From an uncultured Planctomycetota bacterium (GTDB lineage Bacteria > Planctomycetota > PLA2 > JAEUHO01), in NCBI GenBank assembly GCA_963752285.1, contig CAVVXN010000005.1, forward strand, positions 544,001 to 608,000: 64,000 nucleotides of DNA. Reading direction: 5' to 3'. Below, in pieces: positions 1 through 10,803 of this stretch (the stretch's first letter is position 1; every line of letters starts with the position of its first letter). Below the pieces are notes generated by a model. That model was given only the letters and a program-made list of their open reading frames with translations. It did no database searches and was not told the origin of the DNA. The translations under genes and the position numbers were made by a program.

Positions 1-2827
1 ACGGGATTCAACGCGGACTTCGACGGCGACCAGATGGCGGTCCACCTTCCGCTGTCGTTCGAGGCGCAGGTCGAAGCGACGACGCTGATGCTCGCCACGA
101 ACAACATCTTCTCGCCGGCGCACGGCGGGCCGATCATCGCGCCGTCGCAGGACATCGTGCTCGGGATCTTCTACCTGACGGTGGAGCACGCCACGCAGCA
201 GTCCAAGACGCCCCTCTGCGCGCACGCGAACGAGGTCTTCCTCGCCTACTCGGAGGGCAAGTTCGGCGTCCACGACAAGGTGCGGCTGCGGGTCGAGCCG
301 GGCACCGAGGTGGCGTCGGCGCCCGGGCGCCGCGGTCCGGAGTCGACGATCGAGACGACCGTCGGTCGGGTGCTGTTCAACGACATCCTGCCCACGGGGA
401 TGCCCTTCTACAACTACGACGCTGAACAAGAAGGACCTGAACGGGCTGATCAGCGACTGCCACAAGCTGCTCGGCAAGGGCGCGACGCTCCGCCTCCTCG
501 ACGACATCAAGGACATCGGGTTCAAGTCGGCGACACGGGCCGGTCTGTCGTTCGCGAAGAACGACATGGTCGTCCCGGAGGCCAAGCACGAGATCATCGA
601 GCGCTCCGAGCGGGAGGTGGACGAGATCCAGCTCCACCTGCGCCGACGGCGAGATCACGCGCGGCGAGCGCTACAGCAAGATCATCGACACCTGGACCCA
701 CGCCCGCGAAGAGGTCGGGGCCGAGATGATGCGCTCCCTGAAGAGCGACACGCGCGACGAGAAGCCGTATCTCAATCCGATCTTCGCCATGGCCGAATCG
801 GGCGCGCGAGGATCCGTGGAGCAGATCCGGCAGCTCGCCGGCATGCGCGGCCTGATGGCGAAGCCGTCCGGGCGGATCATCGAGACGCCCATCAAGGCGA
901 ACTTCCGCGAAGGCCTGCACGTCCTCGAGTACTTCTCCTCGACGCACGGCGCGCGCAAGGGGCTGGCGGACACGGCGCTCAAGACCGCCGACTCGGGCTA
1001 TCTCACGCGCAAGCTGTCCGACGTCGCCCAGAACGTCGTGATCCAGACCCTCGACTGCGGCACGCTCAACGGCATCAGCAAGGGCGTCGTCTACAAGGGC
1101 GACAAGCTCGAGGTGTCGCTGGCGCAGGCGATCCGCGGCCGCGACCGCGCGCGACACGATCATCGACGTCGTCACCGACGAGGTCGTCGTCCGCGAGAAC
1201 GAGCTGATCACCGAGGAGATCGCGCCGTCGCATCGAGGAGATGGGCTACGAGAAGGTCCGTGTCCGGTCGCCCGCTCACGTGCGAGGCGTCGAGCGGCAT
1301 CTGCCAGCTCTGCTACGGCATGGACCTGTCGCGCGGGCCGGCTGGTCGAGCGAGGGGCTCGCGGTGGGCATCATCGCGGCGCAGTCGATCGGCGAGCCCG
1401 GTACGCAGCTCACGATGCGGACCTTCCACATCGGCGGCACCGCGACGCGTGGCGTCGAGGAGAGCGAGATCCGCGCGACCCACTCCGGCAAGGTGCGCTA
1501 CCTGAACCTCGCCGTCGTCGAAGGCCCGAGCGGGGACATCATCAGCATCACACCGAAACGGCGAGCTGGTCCTCGTGGACGCCAAGGACCGCGAGATCGA
1601 CCGCTTCGCCGTGCCGCTCGGCGCGCGTGCTGAAGGCGAAGGACAACGAGGCGGTCAAGGAGAAGAAGACCCTCTGCACCTGGGACCCGTACAACGTCCC
1701 GATCCTCGCGGAGCGCGAGGGAGTGGTCCGCTTCGACGACATCGTCGAGGGAAAGACCATGCGCGAGGAGGTGGACCCGGGCTCCGGCGTCCGCCGCCGC
1801 GTGATCATGGAGCACAAGGGCGACCTGCACCCGCAGATCGTCGTCGAGGACGACAAGGGGACGCCGATCGCCCTCTATCCCGATCCCGGAGAAGGCTCAC
1901 CTCGAGGTCCAGCGCGGTCAGAAGGTCTCGCCCGGCAGCCTGCTCGCCAAGACGCCCCGCGAGATCACCGGCACGCAGGACATCGTGGGCGGCCTGCCGC
2001 GCGTCACCGAGGTCTACGAGGCCCGGCGCCCGAAGGACCCGGCCATCCTGGCCGAGATCGACGGGGTGATCGAGCTCGGCGAGAAGCGTCGCGGCAAGCG
2101 GACGATCGTCGTGAAGGCCGAGGGCGGACAGGTCGTCGAGCACCTGGTCTCCCACGGGAAGCACCTGCGCGTGCACTCGGGCGACCGCGTCCGCGCGGGC
2201 ATCGCGCTCGTGGACGGGCCGCTGGTTCCGCACGACATCCTGCGCATCTCGGGCATCGAGTCGCTGCAGGAGTACCTGCTGCGCGAGGTCCAGAACGTCT
2301 ATCGCAGCCAGAACGTCACGATCGACGACAAGCACCACGAGATCATCATCTCGCAGATGCTCCGCAAGGTCCGGGTCGAGGACCCGGGCGACACCGACCT
2401 CCTGCCGGGCGCGGTCGTGGACAAGTTCCGGTTCCGCCGGAAGAACCGCAAGGTCATGGAGACGGGCGGCAAGCCGGCGCGGGCCGAGCCGCTCCTCCTG
2501 GGCATCACGAAGGCCGCGCTCCAGAGCGAGTCGTTCATCTCCGCGGCGTCCTTCCAGGAGACCACGAAGGTCCTGACCCAGGCCGCGCTGTCGGGTCGGG
2601 TGGACCACCTGGTCGGCCTGAAGGAGAACGTGATCCTCGGCCACCTGATCCCCGCGGGGACCGGGTTCCGGACGTACGTGCGGACGCGCGTCCGCAAGAA
2701 CATCCCGCTCGAAGAGAGCGTGGCCGGCTTCGCCGAGATGCCCGAGGACCTCGAGGCCCTGAAGGAGCTGAAGGACCTCCTGGCCGAAGACGAGGCGGCC
2801 CCGACGGAAGAGGTCCGGGCCCCGTAG
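1..2827 (+). CDS. rpoC: RNA polymerase beta' subunit, 5'-truncated by the window edge; about nine apparent frameshifts between ~420 and ~1885 (probable sequencing indels)
   Basis: Starts with the catalytic motif [13 protein letters not shown]. Later motifs are [67 protein letters not shown] and [17 protein letters not shown]. They are spread over alternating frames. Confidence 0.97.
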
Positions 2828-2939
2828 GCCCGCCCGCGCCCCCCCGGCCCCGGTGGCTCCGACCGTCGGCTTCCGCGGGTCCCGGGCCGTCGGGGCGGGG
2901 TGGGCCCCCTCGGTTTGGCGATGACCCCACCGGCGGGGC

Positions 2940-2948
2940 TGGTACAGT
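2940..2948 (+). promoter_or_regulatory. Putative extended -10 promoter for rpsL-rpsG
   Basis: TGGTACAGT (TG-n-TANNNT) 33 nt upstream of the rpsL ATG, in otherwise very GC-rich DNA. Confidence 0.5.
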
Positions 2949-2981
2949 CTCCGGCTCCGCATCGATTCCCCGGAAGACATC

Positions 2982-3353
2982 ATGCCGACGATCAACCAGC
3001 TCGTGCGCAAGGGCCGCAGGCGGATCCGAGCGCGCAGCAAGTCGCCCGTGCTGGAAGGCTGCCCGCAGAAGCGCGGCGTCTGTCTGGCCGTGAAGACCCA
3101 GACGCCCAAGAAGCCGAACTCCGCGCTGCGGAAGATCGCCCGTATCCGTCTCTCGAACAACCGCGAGATCACGGCGTACATCCCGGGCGAGGGCCACAAC
3201 CTCCAGGAGCACAGCATCGTGCTCGTGCGTGGCGGCAAGGTCCGGGACCTCCCTGGCGTCCGGTACCACATCATCCGCGGGACGCTCGACGCGGCGGGCG
3301 TGGACGGCCGCCGTCAGCAGCGGTCCAAGTACGGCATGAAGCGCGGCAAGTAG
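2982..3353 (+). CDS. rpsL: 30S ribosomal protein S12
   Basis: [42 protein letters not shown]. Confidence 0.99.
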   Translation: MPTINQLVRKGRRRIRARSKSPVLEGCPQKRGVCLAVKTQTPKKPNSALRKIARIRLSNNREITAYIPGEGHNLQEHSIVLVRGGKVRDLPGVRYHIIRGTLDAAGVDGRRQQRSKYGMKRGK

Positions 3354-3376
3354 GGACTTCGCGAGGGACAAACGAG

Positions 3377-3853
3377 ATGGCCGGCAAGTACTACCGCAGC
3401 TTCGAGAGCCTCCTGAAGCCCGATCCGCTGCACGGCGACCTGAACGCCGCGAAGTTCATCTCCTGCATCATGCACGACGGCAAGCGCTCCACCGCGGAGC
3501 GGATCTTCTACGACGCGTTGGAGGAGATCCAGAAGCGCGTGCCGGAGCGTGAGCCGCTCGACGTCTGGAAGCAGGCGGTAGAGAACGTGAAGCCGCTCGT
3601 CGAGGTCCGGAGCCGTCGCGTCGGCGGCGCGAACTACCAGGTCCCGGTCGAGGTGAGCACGAAGCGGCAGCGGGCTCTCGCGTTCCGCTGGATCCTCGAG
3701 GCCGCGCGCGGCCGCAAGGGGAAACCGCTCGCCAGCTCGCTCGCGCAGGAGCTGATCGGCGCCTACAACCGCGAGGGCGGGGCCATGATGAAGCGGGAGA
3801 ACACGCACAAGCAGGCCGAGGCCAACAAGGCTTTCGCCCACTTCGCGTGGTGA
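3377..3853 (+). CDS. rpsG: 30S ribosomal protein S7
   Basis: ATG 3377 after GAGGGA; EVRSRRVGGANYQVPVEV; ends AEANKAFAHFAW. Confidence 0.98.
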   Translation: MAGKYYRSFESLLKPDPLHGDLNAAKFISCIMHDGKRSTAERIFYDALEEIQKRVPEREPLDVWKQAVENVKPLVEVRSRRVGGANYQVPVEVSTKRQRALAFRWILEAARGRKGKPLASSLAQELIGAYNREGGAMMKRENTHKQAEANKAFAHFAW

Positions 3854-3909
3854 CCTCTCTTCGGGCGTCTCTCTTCCCGAGGTCATCGTCTTGGGCTTCG
3901 GCCTGCTTT

Positions 3910-4017
3910 CCATCGTGTGCGGGGACACCCCGCACGCCATCGTGTGCGGGGACACCCCGCACCCCATCGTGTGCGGGGACACCCCGCACGCCATCGTGTG
4001 CGGGGACACCCCGCACC
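3910..4017. repeat. Tandem array, 4 x 27 bp, each unit an 8-bp perfect hairpin (REP-like)
   Basis: CCATCGTGTGCGGGGACACCCCGCAC(G/C) at 3910, 3937, 3964 and 3991. Internal palindrome GTGCGGGG-ACA-CCCCGCAC. Confidence 0.95.
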
Positions 4018-4171
4018 CCGGGCCGTGCCGAGGCCGTCGCCGCCGTCTGATGACTTCAGGGTCCTGAATGGCGATCGGGACGCCGGGGCCCCGGGCATTG
4101 CTCTGGGGGTGTCCGTCCGTGTCGAATGTGGCGGCTGGGCGGCGTGTGCCGCTCGCAGCGGGAGGGATTGC

Positions 4172-5143
4172 ATGCGCATGCCTCTGGTCCCCATGGTCGT
4201 CGTGCTGGGGCTCGTCGTCGTGGCGGCAGGCCGCGTCCTCGCGGACGAGGATGCGCCCCTCTCCGCGAAGGACATCCAGCAGGTCCGCGGCATCGTCGAG
4301 AAGGCGAGCAAGAAGATCGACGCCGCCTTCGCGAACGTGCCGGAGCGGAAGAAGATGGAGGCCGATCTCGCCGCCCTGTCCAAGATCAAGGACGCGCGCG
4401 AGCGACGCAAGGCTGCCGACAAGTACCAGAAGACGTACCAGGGCACCTACGCCGCGGCGGTGAAGGCGGCGGGCGTGGACTTCCAGCAGCTCGCCAAGGA
4501 CATGGGCGACGCGATTCGGCGGCGGTTCGTGGTCGAGCAGGGCTATCTGCTCACGTTGGCCCCGCGGCGGGCGAAGAAGCGGTCGGGGCCCATCCCCGTC
4601 CGGCCGAAGGGTTCCGAGGTGGTGACGCTCACGGACTTCCTGCACGAGCGCGACGTCTCCACCGGGGCCGCGGCCGGCGGCGGCGTCGACTTCGGGGACG
4701 ACTCCGTCCACGCCGGCGTGATCGCGATCGGGGCGGGCGGCGCCTCCGCGGACGGCGGCTTGACGAAGGAGTACGCCGTTCCCTCGGACGTCCGCACCGC
4801 GACGCTCCACATTCGCTGCAGCGTCGAGGCCGACGCGTTCGCGGTCGGGGTCGTGGGCACGAGCGCCTCGCGCGGAGACGCCGACGCCTTCGCGGCGAGT
4901 CCCACCGGCCACGACTTCTTCGAACCGTTCGGGTACGTGGATGCCACCGCCTTCGCCCCGATCCTGTGGGTCGGGTACGAGGACCACCTCGAGGAGGTCG
5001 AGCACGAGGTCGCGCTGCCGCTCGGCACCACCGTCAAGATCGCCTTTCTGGCAGGCGCCTTCGGCGCCGCGGCCGCCTCACCGGAGACCGACGGGAACGG
5101 AAAGGTCTTCGACATCCGGGCTACCGTGACCCTGCAGCACTGA
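4172..5143 (+). CDS. Hypothetical secreted protein (signal peptide, helical N-domain, Gly/Ala-rich beta-type C-domain)
   Basis: GGAGG 6 nt before ATG 4172; hydrophobic leader [27 protein letters not shown]; strong G/C third-position codon bias. Confidence 0.8.
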   Translation: MRMPLVPMVVVLGLVVVAAGRVLADEDAPLSAKDIQQVRGIVEKASKKIDAAFANVPERKKMEADLAALSKIKDARERRKAADKYQKTYQGTYAAAVKAAGVDFQQLAKDMGDAIRRRFVVEQGYLLTLAPRRAKKRSGPIPVRPKGSEVVTLTDFLHERDVSTGAAAGGGVDFGDDSVHAGVIAIGAGGASADGGLTKEYAVPSDVRTATLHIRCSVEADAFAVGVVGTSASRGDADAFAASPTGHDFFEPFGYVDATAFAPILWVGYEDHLEEVEHEVALPLGTTVKIAFLAGAFGAAAASPETDGNGKVFDIRATVTLQH

Positions 5144-5437
5144 GCCCCCGGACACCCGCGGTCCCCCCGGGCGCCTCGGGCGGGCGCGCGTGCGCCCGAA
5201 CCGGGACGCCCGGGCGTTCCGAGCGGGTCGGTCCCGGGGGATCGGCGGCGAGGTCCAGGGGGTTCGCGCGTCGAGGACGCGCTCGTGCTCGCGATGGGGG
5301 ACGCCGGAACCAGCCCGCTCGCGATCGTGGTCGAGGACCTCCGCCTACGTCCACGCGCGCGGGAGGGGGCGCCTCGCGCGGGGGGAGGGGACTCGGTCCG
5401 TCGCCCGGTATGCTGCCTCGCTCTGCGAGGAGCGAGC

Positions 5438-7498
5438 ATGCCAAAGATCGACCTCGGGAAGCTCCGGAACTTCGGGATCGTCGCGCACATCGACGCGGGC
5501 AAGACGACGGTCTCGGAGCGCGTCCTCTACTACAGCGGCAAGGAGCACTCGATCGGCGAGGTCCACGAGGGCACGGCCAAGATGGACTACCTGGCCGAGG
5601 AGCAGGAACGCGGCATCACGATCACGGCCGCCGCGACCCGCATCGTCTGGCTCGACCACGACCTGAACCTGATCGACACGCCAGGGCACGTGGACTTCAC
5701 CGCCGAGGTCGAGCGGAGCCTCCGCGTGCTCGACGGCGCGGTCGTCGTGTTCGACGGGGTCCACGGCGTGGAGGCCCAGTCCGAAACGGTCTGGCACCAG
5801 GCCGACCGCTACCGCGTGCCCCGCATCTGCTTCGTGAACAAGATGGACCGCGGCGGGGCCGACTTCGACCGGTCCTGCCAGACGATCCGGGAGCGGCTGG
5901 GCGCGGCCGTCGCCCCCGTGACCGTGCCGATCGGGTCGGCCGACTCGTTCGAGGGCGTGGTCGACCTGCTCCGGCGGGAGGCGATCCACTTCGAGGGAGA
6001 GCAGGGGCGCGAGGTGGTCCGGTCCGACGTGCCGGCCGCGATGCGGGACGAGGTCGAGGTGCGCCGTCACGACCTGATCGAGGCGCTCGGCGACGTCTCC
6101 GACGAGGTCGCCGAACTCTACCTCGCCGAGAGGGAGCCGCCCGTGGACCTGCTGGTCCGCGCGCTCCGCCAAGGGACCATCGCGTGCCGCATCTTCCCCG
6201 TCTACTGCGGCTCCGCGCTCAGGAACAAGGGCATCCAGCCCCTCCTCGACGCCGTCGTGCGCTTCCTGCCGTGCCCCACGGAGGCGCAGCCCATCCAGGG
6301 CCACGATCCGGAGCGGCAGGAGACGGTCGAGATCCGAAAGCCGGACGACACCGATCCGCTCTGCGCCCTCGCCTTCAAGATCGTCACCGATGCGCACGGC
6401 GACCTGACCTTCGTCCGGCTGTACTCGGGGTCGATCCGCCAGGGACAGGGACTCTACAACCCTCGGCTCCGACGCCACGAGCGGGCGCTCCGCATCCTGC
6501 GCATGCACGCGAACGAGCAGACGGGCCTCGAGGAGGCCTTCGCCGGCGACATCGTCGCCCTTCGGGGTCCGAAGCAGACGGCGACGGGCGACACGCTCTG
6601 CGACAAGGCCCACCCGATCGCGCTCGAGCCGATCGTGTTCCCGGAGCCCGTCATCTCCATGGCGATCGAGCCCCGGAGCGCGGCGGACCGCGACCGGCTG
6701 GACGAGGTGCTCCAACGTCTGGCGCGGGAGGACCCCACGTTTCGGACGACCAGCGACGAGGAGACCGGGCAGACGATCATCTCGGGCATGGGGGAGCTCC
6801 ACCTGGAGGTGCTCCGCCACCGTTTGACCCGTGACTTCGGCGTCGAGGCGAACGTAGGCCGGCCCCGGGTCTCCTACCGCCAGACCGTACGCGCCGAGGC
6901 GTCGGCCACGAAGACCTTCCAGCGCTTGATCCAGGGGCGGGAGCAGGTCGCGACGGTCACGATCCGCGTACGCCCCGGCCGTCCGGGGAGCGGGCTCCGC
7001 TTCCAAGTCGAGGACCGGGGATCGACCCTCTCCCCCCTCTTCCGGCTCGCCGTCGAGGAGGGCGTGACCTTCGCCGCCCGGGGCGGCCTGGACCTCGGGT
7101 TCCCCGTCACCGACGTCCTCGCGACCCTCGTCGAGGGCGTGGCCCACGAGACCGACTCCACGGACGTCGCGTTCCAGGCGGCCGGCGCCGAGGCGTTCCG
7201 CGCGGCTGCGGAGCTGGCCGGGCTCGCGATCCTCGAGCCGATCATGCGCTTCGAGGTCACCACGCCGGCCGAGTTCGTGGGTCCGATCCAGTCGGACCTC
7301 GCCCGCCGCGGCGCGATCGTGGAGGGGGACGACCTTCGGGGCGACCTCCGGCTCATCCGCGGGCGGGTCGCATTGAGCGAGATGTTCGGCTACAGCACGA
7401 GCGTGCGTTCCCTCTCGCAAGGCCGGGCGAGCTACTCGATGGAGCCGGCCGGGTTCGCGGAAGTGTCCGCGGAGGTGGCGAAGCGGCTGGCGTTCTGA
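5438..7498 (+). CDS. fusA: Elongation factor G family protein (str-operon copy, divergent domain IV)
   Basis: [61 protein letters not shown] before the ATG. Confidence 0.96.
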   Translation: MPKIDLGKLRNFGIVAHIDAGKTTVSERVLYYSGKEHSIGEVHEGTAKMDYLAEEQERGITITAAATRIVWLDHDLNLIDTPGHVDFTAEVERSLRVLDGAVVVFDGVHGVEAQSETVWHQADRYRVPRICFVNKMDRGGADFDRSCQTIRERLGAAVAPVTVPIGSADSFEGVVDLLRREAIHFEGEQGREVVRSDVPAAMRDEVEVRRHDLIEALGDVSDEVAELYLAEREPPVDLLVRALRQGTIACRIFPVYCGSALRNKGIQPLLDAVVRFLPCPTEAQPIQGHDPERQETVEIRKPDDTDPLCALAFKIVTDAHGDLTFVRLYSGSIRQGQGLYNPRLRRHERALRILRMHANEQTGLEEAFAGDIVALRGPKQTATGDTLCDKAHPIALEPIVFPEPVISMAIEPRSAADRDRLDEVLQRLAREDPTFRTTSDEETGQTIISGMGELHLEVLRHRLTRDFGVEANVGRPRVSYRQTVRAEASATKTFQRLIQGREQVATVTIRVRPGRPGSGLRFQVEDRGSTLSPLFRLAVEEGVTFAARGGLDLGFPVTDVLATLVEGVAHETDSTDVAFQAAGAEAFRAAAELAGLAILEPIMRFEVTTPAEFVGPIQSDLARRGAIVEGDDLRGDLRLIRGRVALSEMFGYSTSVRSLSQGRASYSMEPAGFAEVSAEVAKRLAF

Positions 7499-7813
7499 GC
7501 GGCCCCCGTCCGGGGCACCCTCCGCGCGGGCACGAGATCGAGCGCGAGGAGGACGAACGCGCTCTCGACGCGCGAGCCTCGGCGGAGCCCCCGAGCCGCC
7601 GTCCGCCGCCGCGCCGGCCAGCCCCTCGCCACCGGAGGGCGTGGCCGTTCACGATCGCGGGCCCGGACCGCTCCCTCCTCCCACACCTGACGGCATACGA
7701 ACTCCCGGCGCCGGTCCTCCGTCGAGGCCCTCGGGGTCGCACGGCGCAGGCCAGACGCCCGGCCGCGCGCGCCGCGCGGGCGGACCTCCGCGGCGCGGGC
7801 ACGGCACAATCCG

Positions 7814-7842
7814 TTGGCACGGGCGAGGGGGGCCAGTACGAT
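7814..7842 (+). promoter_or_regulatory. Putative sigma70 promoter of the S10 operon
   Basis: TTGGCA-17 nt-TACGAT, ~140 nt upstream of rpsJ. Confidence 0.65.
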
Positions 7843-7984
7843 CCCCCCTTCGCCAGCGTCTTCCCGTCGCGTGTCCCCCCAGGGGACAGACCCTCGGAAA
7901 GTCCCGGCGCGAGCCCGAGAGACCACCCCCCAGGGGGCCCGCCGTGCGCACCGCGAGCCCGCGTCACGGGGCAGGACCGCACCC

Positions 7985-8293
7985 ATGATCACCCAAGACA
8001 TCAAGATCCGCATGGAGGCCTACGACCACGAGGCGCTCGACAAGAGCGCCGCGGAGCTGGTCGACACCGCGAAGCGGACGGGCGCGCGCGTGCAGGGCCC
8101 GGTGCCGCTACCCACGCGGATCGAGCGGTACACGGTCCTCCGCTCGCCGCACATCGACAAGAAGTCGCGGGAGCAGTTCGAGATCCGCACGCACAAGCGC
8201 ATCCTCTACATCAGCGAGCCCACGGCCAAGACGATCGACGCGATCTCCAAGCTGAATCTCCCGGCCGGCGTGGACATCCGGATCAAGGTGTGA
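7985..8293 (+). CDS. rpsJ: 30S ribosomal protein S10
   Basis: [39 protein letters not shown]. Confidence 0.99.
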   Translation: MITQDIKIRMEAYDHEALDKSAAELVDTAKRTGARVQGPVPLPTRIERYTVLRSPHIDKKSREQFEIRTHKRILYISEPTAKTIDAISKLNLPAGVDIRIKV

Positions 8294-8295
8294 CC

Positions 8296-8964
8296 ATGCT
8301 CGAAGTCCGATCGCTCAAGGGCAAGACGGTGGGCACGGCCCACCTCGACGCCGCGCCCTTCCAGGGGCGCTGGAACCCGGTGGTCCTGCGCGAGGCGGTC
8401 CTCATGTACGAGGCGAACCGTCGTGTGGGATCCGCCTCCACGAAGACCCGTGCGGAGGTCGCCGGGTCCACGAAGAAGATCTACCGCCAGAAGGGCACGG
8501 GCCGCGCGCGCCACGGCGACCGCAAGGCGCCCATCTTCCGCGGCGGCGGCGTCGCCCACGGTCCGAAGCACCGCGACTACTCGTACGCGTTGCCCCGTCA
8601 GGCGCTCAGGAAGGCGCTTCGCATCGCGCTCGGCGGCAAATTCGCCGACGGCGAGGTACTGCGCTGGGAGGGAGCACCCGTCGCCGGCGACACGCCGTCC
8701 ACGAAGGCGCTCCGCGAGGGCCTCGACGCCCTCGGCGCCCGCCGGAGCGTGCTGCTCGTCGCGGCGGGGACCGTGGACCGCGCGCTGCTCCTCTCGGCGC
8801 GGAACCTGCCCCGCGTACGCGTCCTGCCCGCGGGCGAGATCAGCGCGTACGACGTGGTGAGCCACGACTGGCTCGTGCTGCTCGACGGGGCGTTCGAGGC
8901 GCTCCAGGCGCGCCTCGGCGTCACCGCGTCCGCGGGCGACGACGAGGAAGGGAGCGCGTCGTGA
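8296..8964 (+). CDS. rplD: 50S ribosomal protein L4
   Basis: [43 protein letters not shown]. Confidence 0.97.
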   Translation: MLEVRSLKGKTVGTAHLDAAPFQGRWNPVVLREAVLMYEANRRVGSASTKTRAEVAGSTKKIYRQKGTGRARHGDRKAPIFRGGGVAHGPKHRDYSYALPRQALRKALRIALGGKFADGEVLRWEGAPVAGDTPSTKALREGLDALGARRSVLLVAAGTVDRALLLSARNLPRVRVLPAGEISAYDVVSHDWLVLLDGAFEALQARLGVTASAGDDEEGSAS

Positions 8965-9248
8965 AGTCCCTCGGCCACCAGGACGTCGTCCTCCGCCCGG
9001 TCGTGACCGAGAAGACGCTCAAGAAGGCGGAGCGCACCAATACGTACACCTTCGAGGTGCGCGAGGCGGCCAACAAGATCCAGATCCGGTCCGCCGTCGA
9101 GCATCTGTTCAAGGTCCACGTCACCGGCGTGAGGACGCAACGCTATCTCGGGAAGCGCCGCCGCATGGGCCGCGCCCTCGGGATGACGCCCTCCTGGAAG
9201 AAGGCCGTCGTCCGCGTGCGGCCCGGGGACACGATCGACTTCTATTGA
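8961..9248 (+). CDS. rplW: 50S ribosomal protein L23
   Basis: RPVVTEK, ANKIQIRSAVE.LF.V, WKKAVV; GTGA overlap with rplD. Confidence 0.97.
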   Translation: MKSLGHQDVVLRPVVTEKTLKKAERTNTYTFEVREAANKIQIRSAVEHLFKVHVTGVRTQRYLGKRRRMGRALGMTPSWKKAVVRVRPGDTIDFY

Positions 9249-9297
9249 GCGGACCGCGGCGCCCCCGTGGCCCGCCGTCCGACGAGACGAGCACCCC

Positions 9298-10146
9298 ATG
9301 CCGATACGCAGAGTCAAGCCGACGACGAACGCGCGCCGAGGGATGAGTTACCTCGACACGAGCGATCTCACCAGGAAGCGCCCCGAGAAGCGGTTGACGC
9401 AGGGCCTGCGCAAGAGCGGCGGACGCAACAATCACGGTCACCTGACCATGCGGCACCGCGGTGGCGGGCACCGGCGCCTGTATCGCGTCATCGACTGGAG
9501 GCGCGCCGGCAAGGACGGCGTGCCGGCGAAGGTCGTGGCCCTCGAGTACGACCCGAACCGCAACGCCCGCCTGCACCTGCTCCTCTACGCCGACGGCGAG
9601 CGCCGCTACGTGCTCGCGACCCACAAGGTCCAGGTCGGCCACACGGTCCACAACGGCCCCGGCGCGGAACCGAGGCCCGGGAACTGCCTGCGGCTGGGCG
9701 ACATCCCGACCGGTCTGCAGGTCCACTCGGTCGAGCTGGTGCCCGGCAAGGGCGCGCAGCTCGCACGCGGCGCCGGGTCCGCGTGCACGCTGGGCGCGAA
9801 GGACGGGGGCTACGCGCTCCTGACGCTGCCCTCCGGCGAGATGCGCCGGGTCCGCCTCGACTGCCGCGCCACGGTGGGCCAGGTCGGCAACATCGACGCG
9901 AACCTGGTGAAGATCGGCAAGGCCGGTCGGACCCGTCACGCCGGGCGGCGCCCGAAGGTGCGCGGTTCGGCCATGAACCCGGTCGCGCACCCGATGGGCG
10001 GCGGCGAGGGCCGTCGCTCGGGCGGCCGCCACCCGGTGTCCCCGTGGGGGCAGCTCGCCAAGGGCGGCAACACGCGCAGTCCGCGCAAGTCGTCGGACCG
10101 CGTGATCGTGCGCGGCCGCAAGCGTGGCAAGCAGGTGGGGAGGTAG
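9298..10146 (+). CDS. rplB: 50S ribosomal protein L2
   Basis: GGRNNHG, RHRGGGH, EYDPNR, VRGSAMNPVAHPMGGGEG. Confidence 0.99.
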   Translation: MPIRRVKPTTNARRGMSYLDTSDLTRKRPEKRLTQGLRKSGGRNNHGHLTMRHRGGGHRRLYRVIDWRRAGKDGVPAKVVALEYDPNRNARLHLLLYADGERRYVLATHKVQVGHTVHNGPGAEPRPGNCLRLGDIPTGLQVHSVELVPGKGAQLARGAGSACTLGAKDGGYALLTLPSGEMRRVRLDCRATVGQVGNIDANLVKIGKAGRTRHAGRRPKVRGSAMNPVAHPMGGGEGRRSGGRHPVSPWGQLAKGGNTRSPRKSSDRVIVRGRKRGKQVGR

Positions 10147-10149
10147 CCC

Positions 10150-10434
10150 ATGTCGCGCAGCCTGAAGAAGGGCCCGTACGTCGACGAACGTCTCTTCCGG
10201 CGCGTGATGGCGCAGGAGGGGACCGGACGCAAGGAGCCGCTCAAGACGTGGTCGCGTCGCTGCGACATCGTCCCGGAGTTCGTCGGCTACACGTTCATGG
10301 TGCACAACGGAAAGGTGTTCGTGCGCGTGTACGTCACCGAGGACATGGTCGGCCACAAGCTGGGGGAGTTCGCTCCGACCCGGCTGTTCCGCGCCCACAC
10401 CGGCGGCAAGAGGGCCGCCGGGCCGACGCCGTAG
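10150..10434 (+). CDS. rpsS: 30S ribosomal protein S19
   Basis: [28 protein letters not shown]. Confidence 0.99.
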   Translation: MSRSLKKGPYVDERLFRRVMAQEGTGRKEPLKTWSRRCDIVPEFVGYTFMVHNGKVFVRVYVTEDMVGHKLGEFAPTRLFRAHTGGKRAAGPTP

Positions 10435-10442
10435 GAGGGACC

Positions 10443-10802
10443 ATGGCGAAGTCGTTCCATGCCGCGCATCGCCACGCCCGGATCTCGCCGTACAAGGCGC
10501 GACCGGTCATCGACCTGGTTCGCGGGCGCGCGGTCCAGCAAGCCCTGAACATCCTGGCGTACGAGCCCCGCCGCGCGGCCCCCATGATTCGCAAGGTGAT
10601 CCAGTCGGCGATGGCGAACGCGTCGCACGATCTCGACGTGGACCTGCGGCGACTCGTCGTCGTCGAGGCCCGGGTGGACGGTGGGCCCCTGCTCTCGGGC
10701 CGCAAGCGCTGGCGCCCCCGGGCGCAGGGACGCGCGTTCCCGATCCGGAAGCGGACCAGTCACATCACGGTGACCCTGGCCGAGACGGTCGAGGAGGCAT
10801 AG
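10443..10802 (+). CDS. rplV: 50S ribosomal protein L22
   Basis: RISPYKARPVIDLVRG, SAMANA, PRAQGRAFPIRKRTSHITV; GGAGG RBS. Confidence 0.97.
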   Translation: MAKSFHAAHRHARISPYKARPVIDLVRGRAVQQALNILAYEPRRAAPMIRKVIQSAMANASHDLDVDLRRLVVVEARVDGGPLLSGRKRWRPRAQGRAFPIRKRTSHITVTLAETVEEA

Positions 10803-10803
10803 C

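Noticed and set aside
415..1890. rpoC pseudogene or programmed frameshifting
   Set aside because: rpoC is essential, all motifs are preserved, and about nine single-base frame switches cluster in the first 2 kb. This pattern fits low-coverage long-read error. Read mapping would confirm.
3910..4017. CRISPR array
   Set aside because: Units are directly adjacent with no unique spacers, and there are no cas genes in the window.
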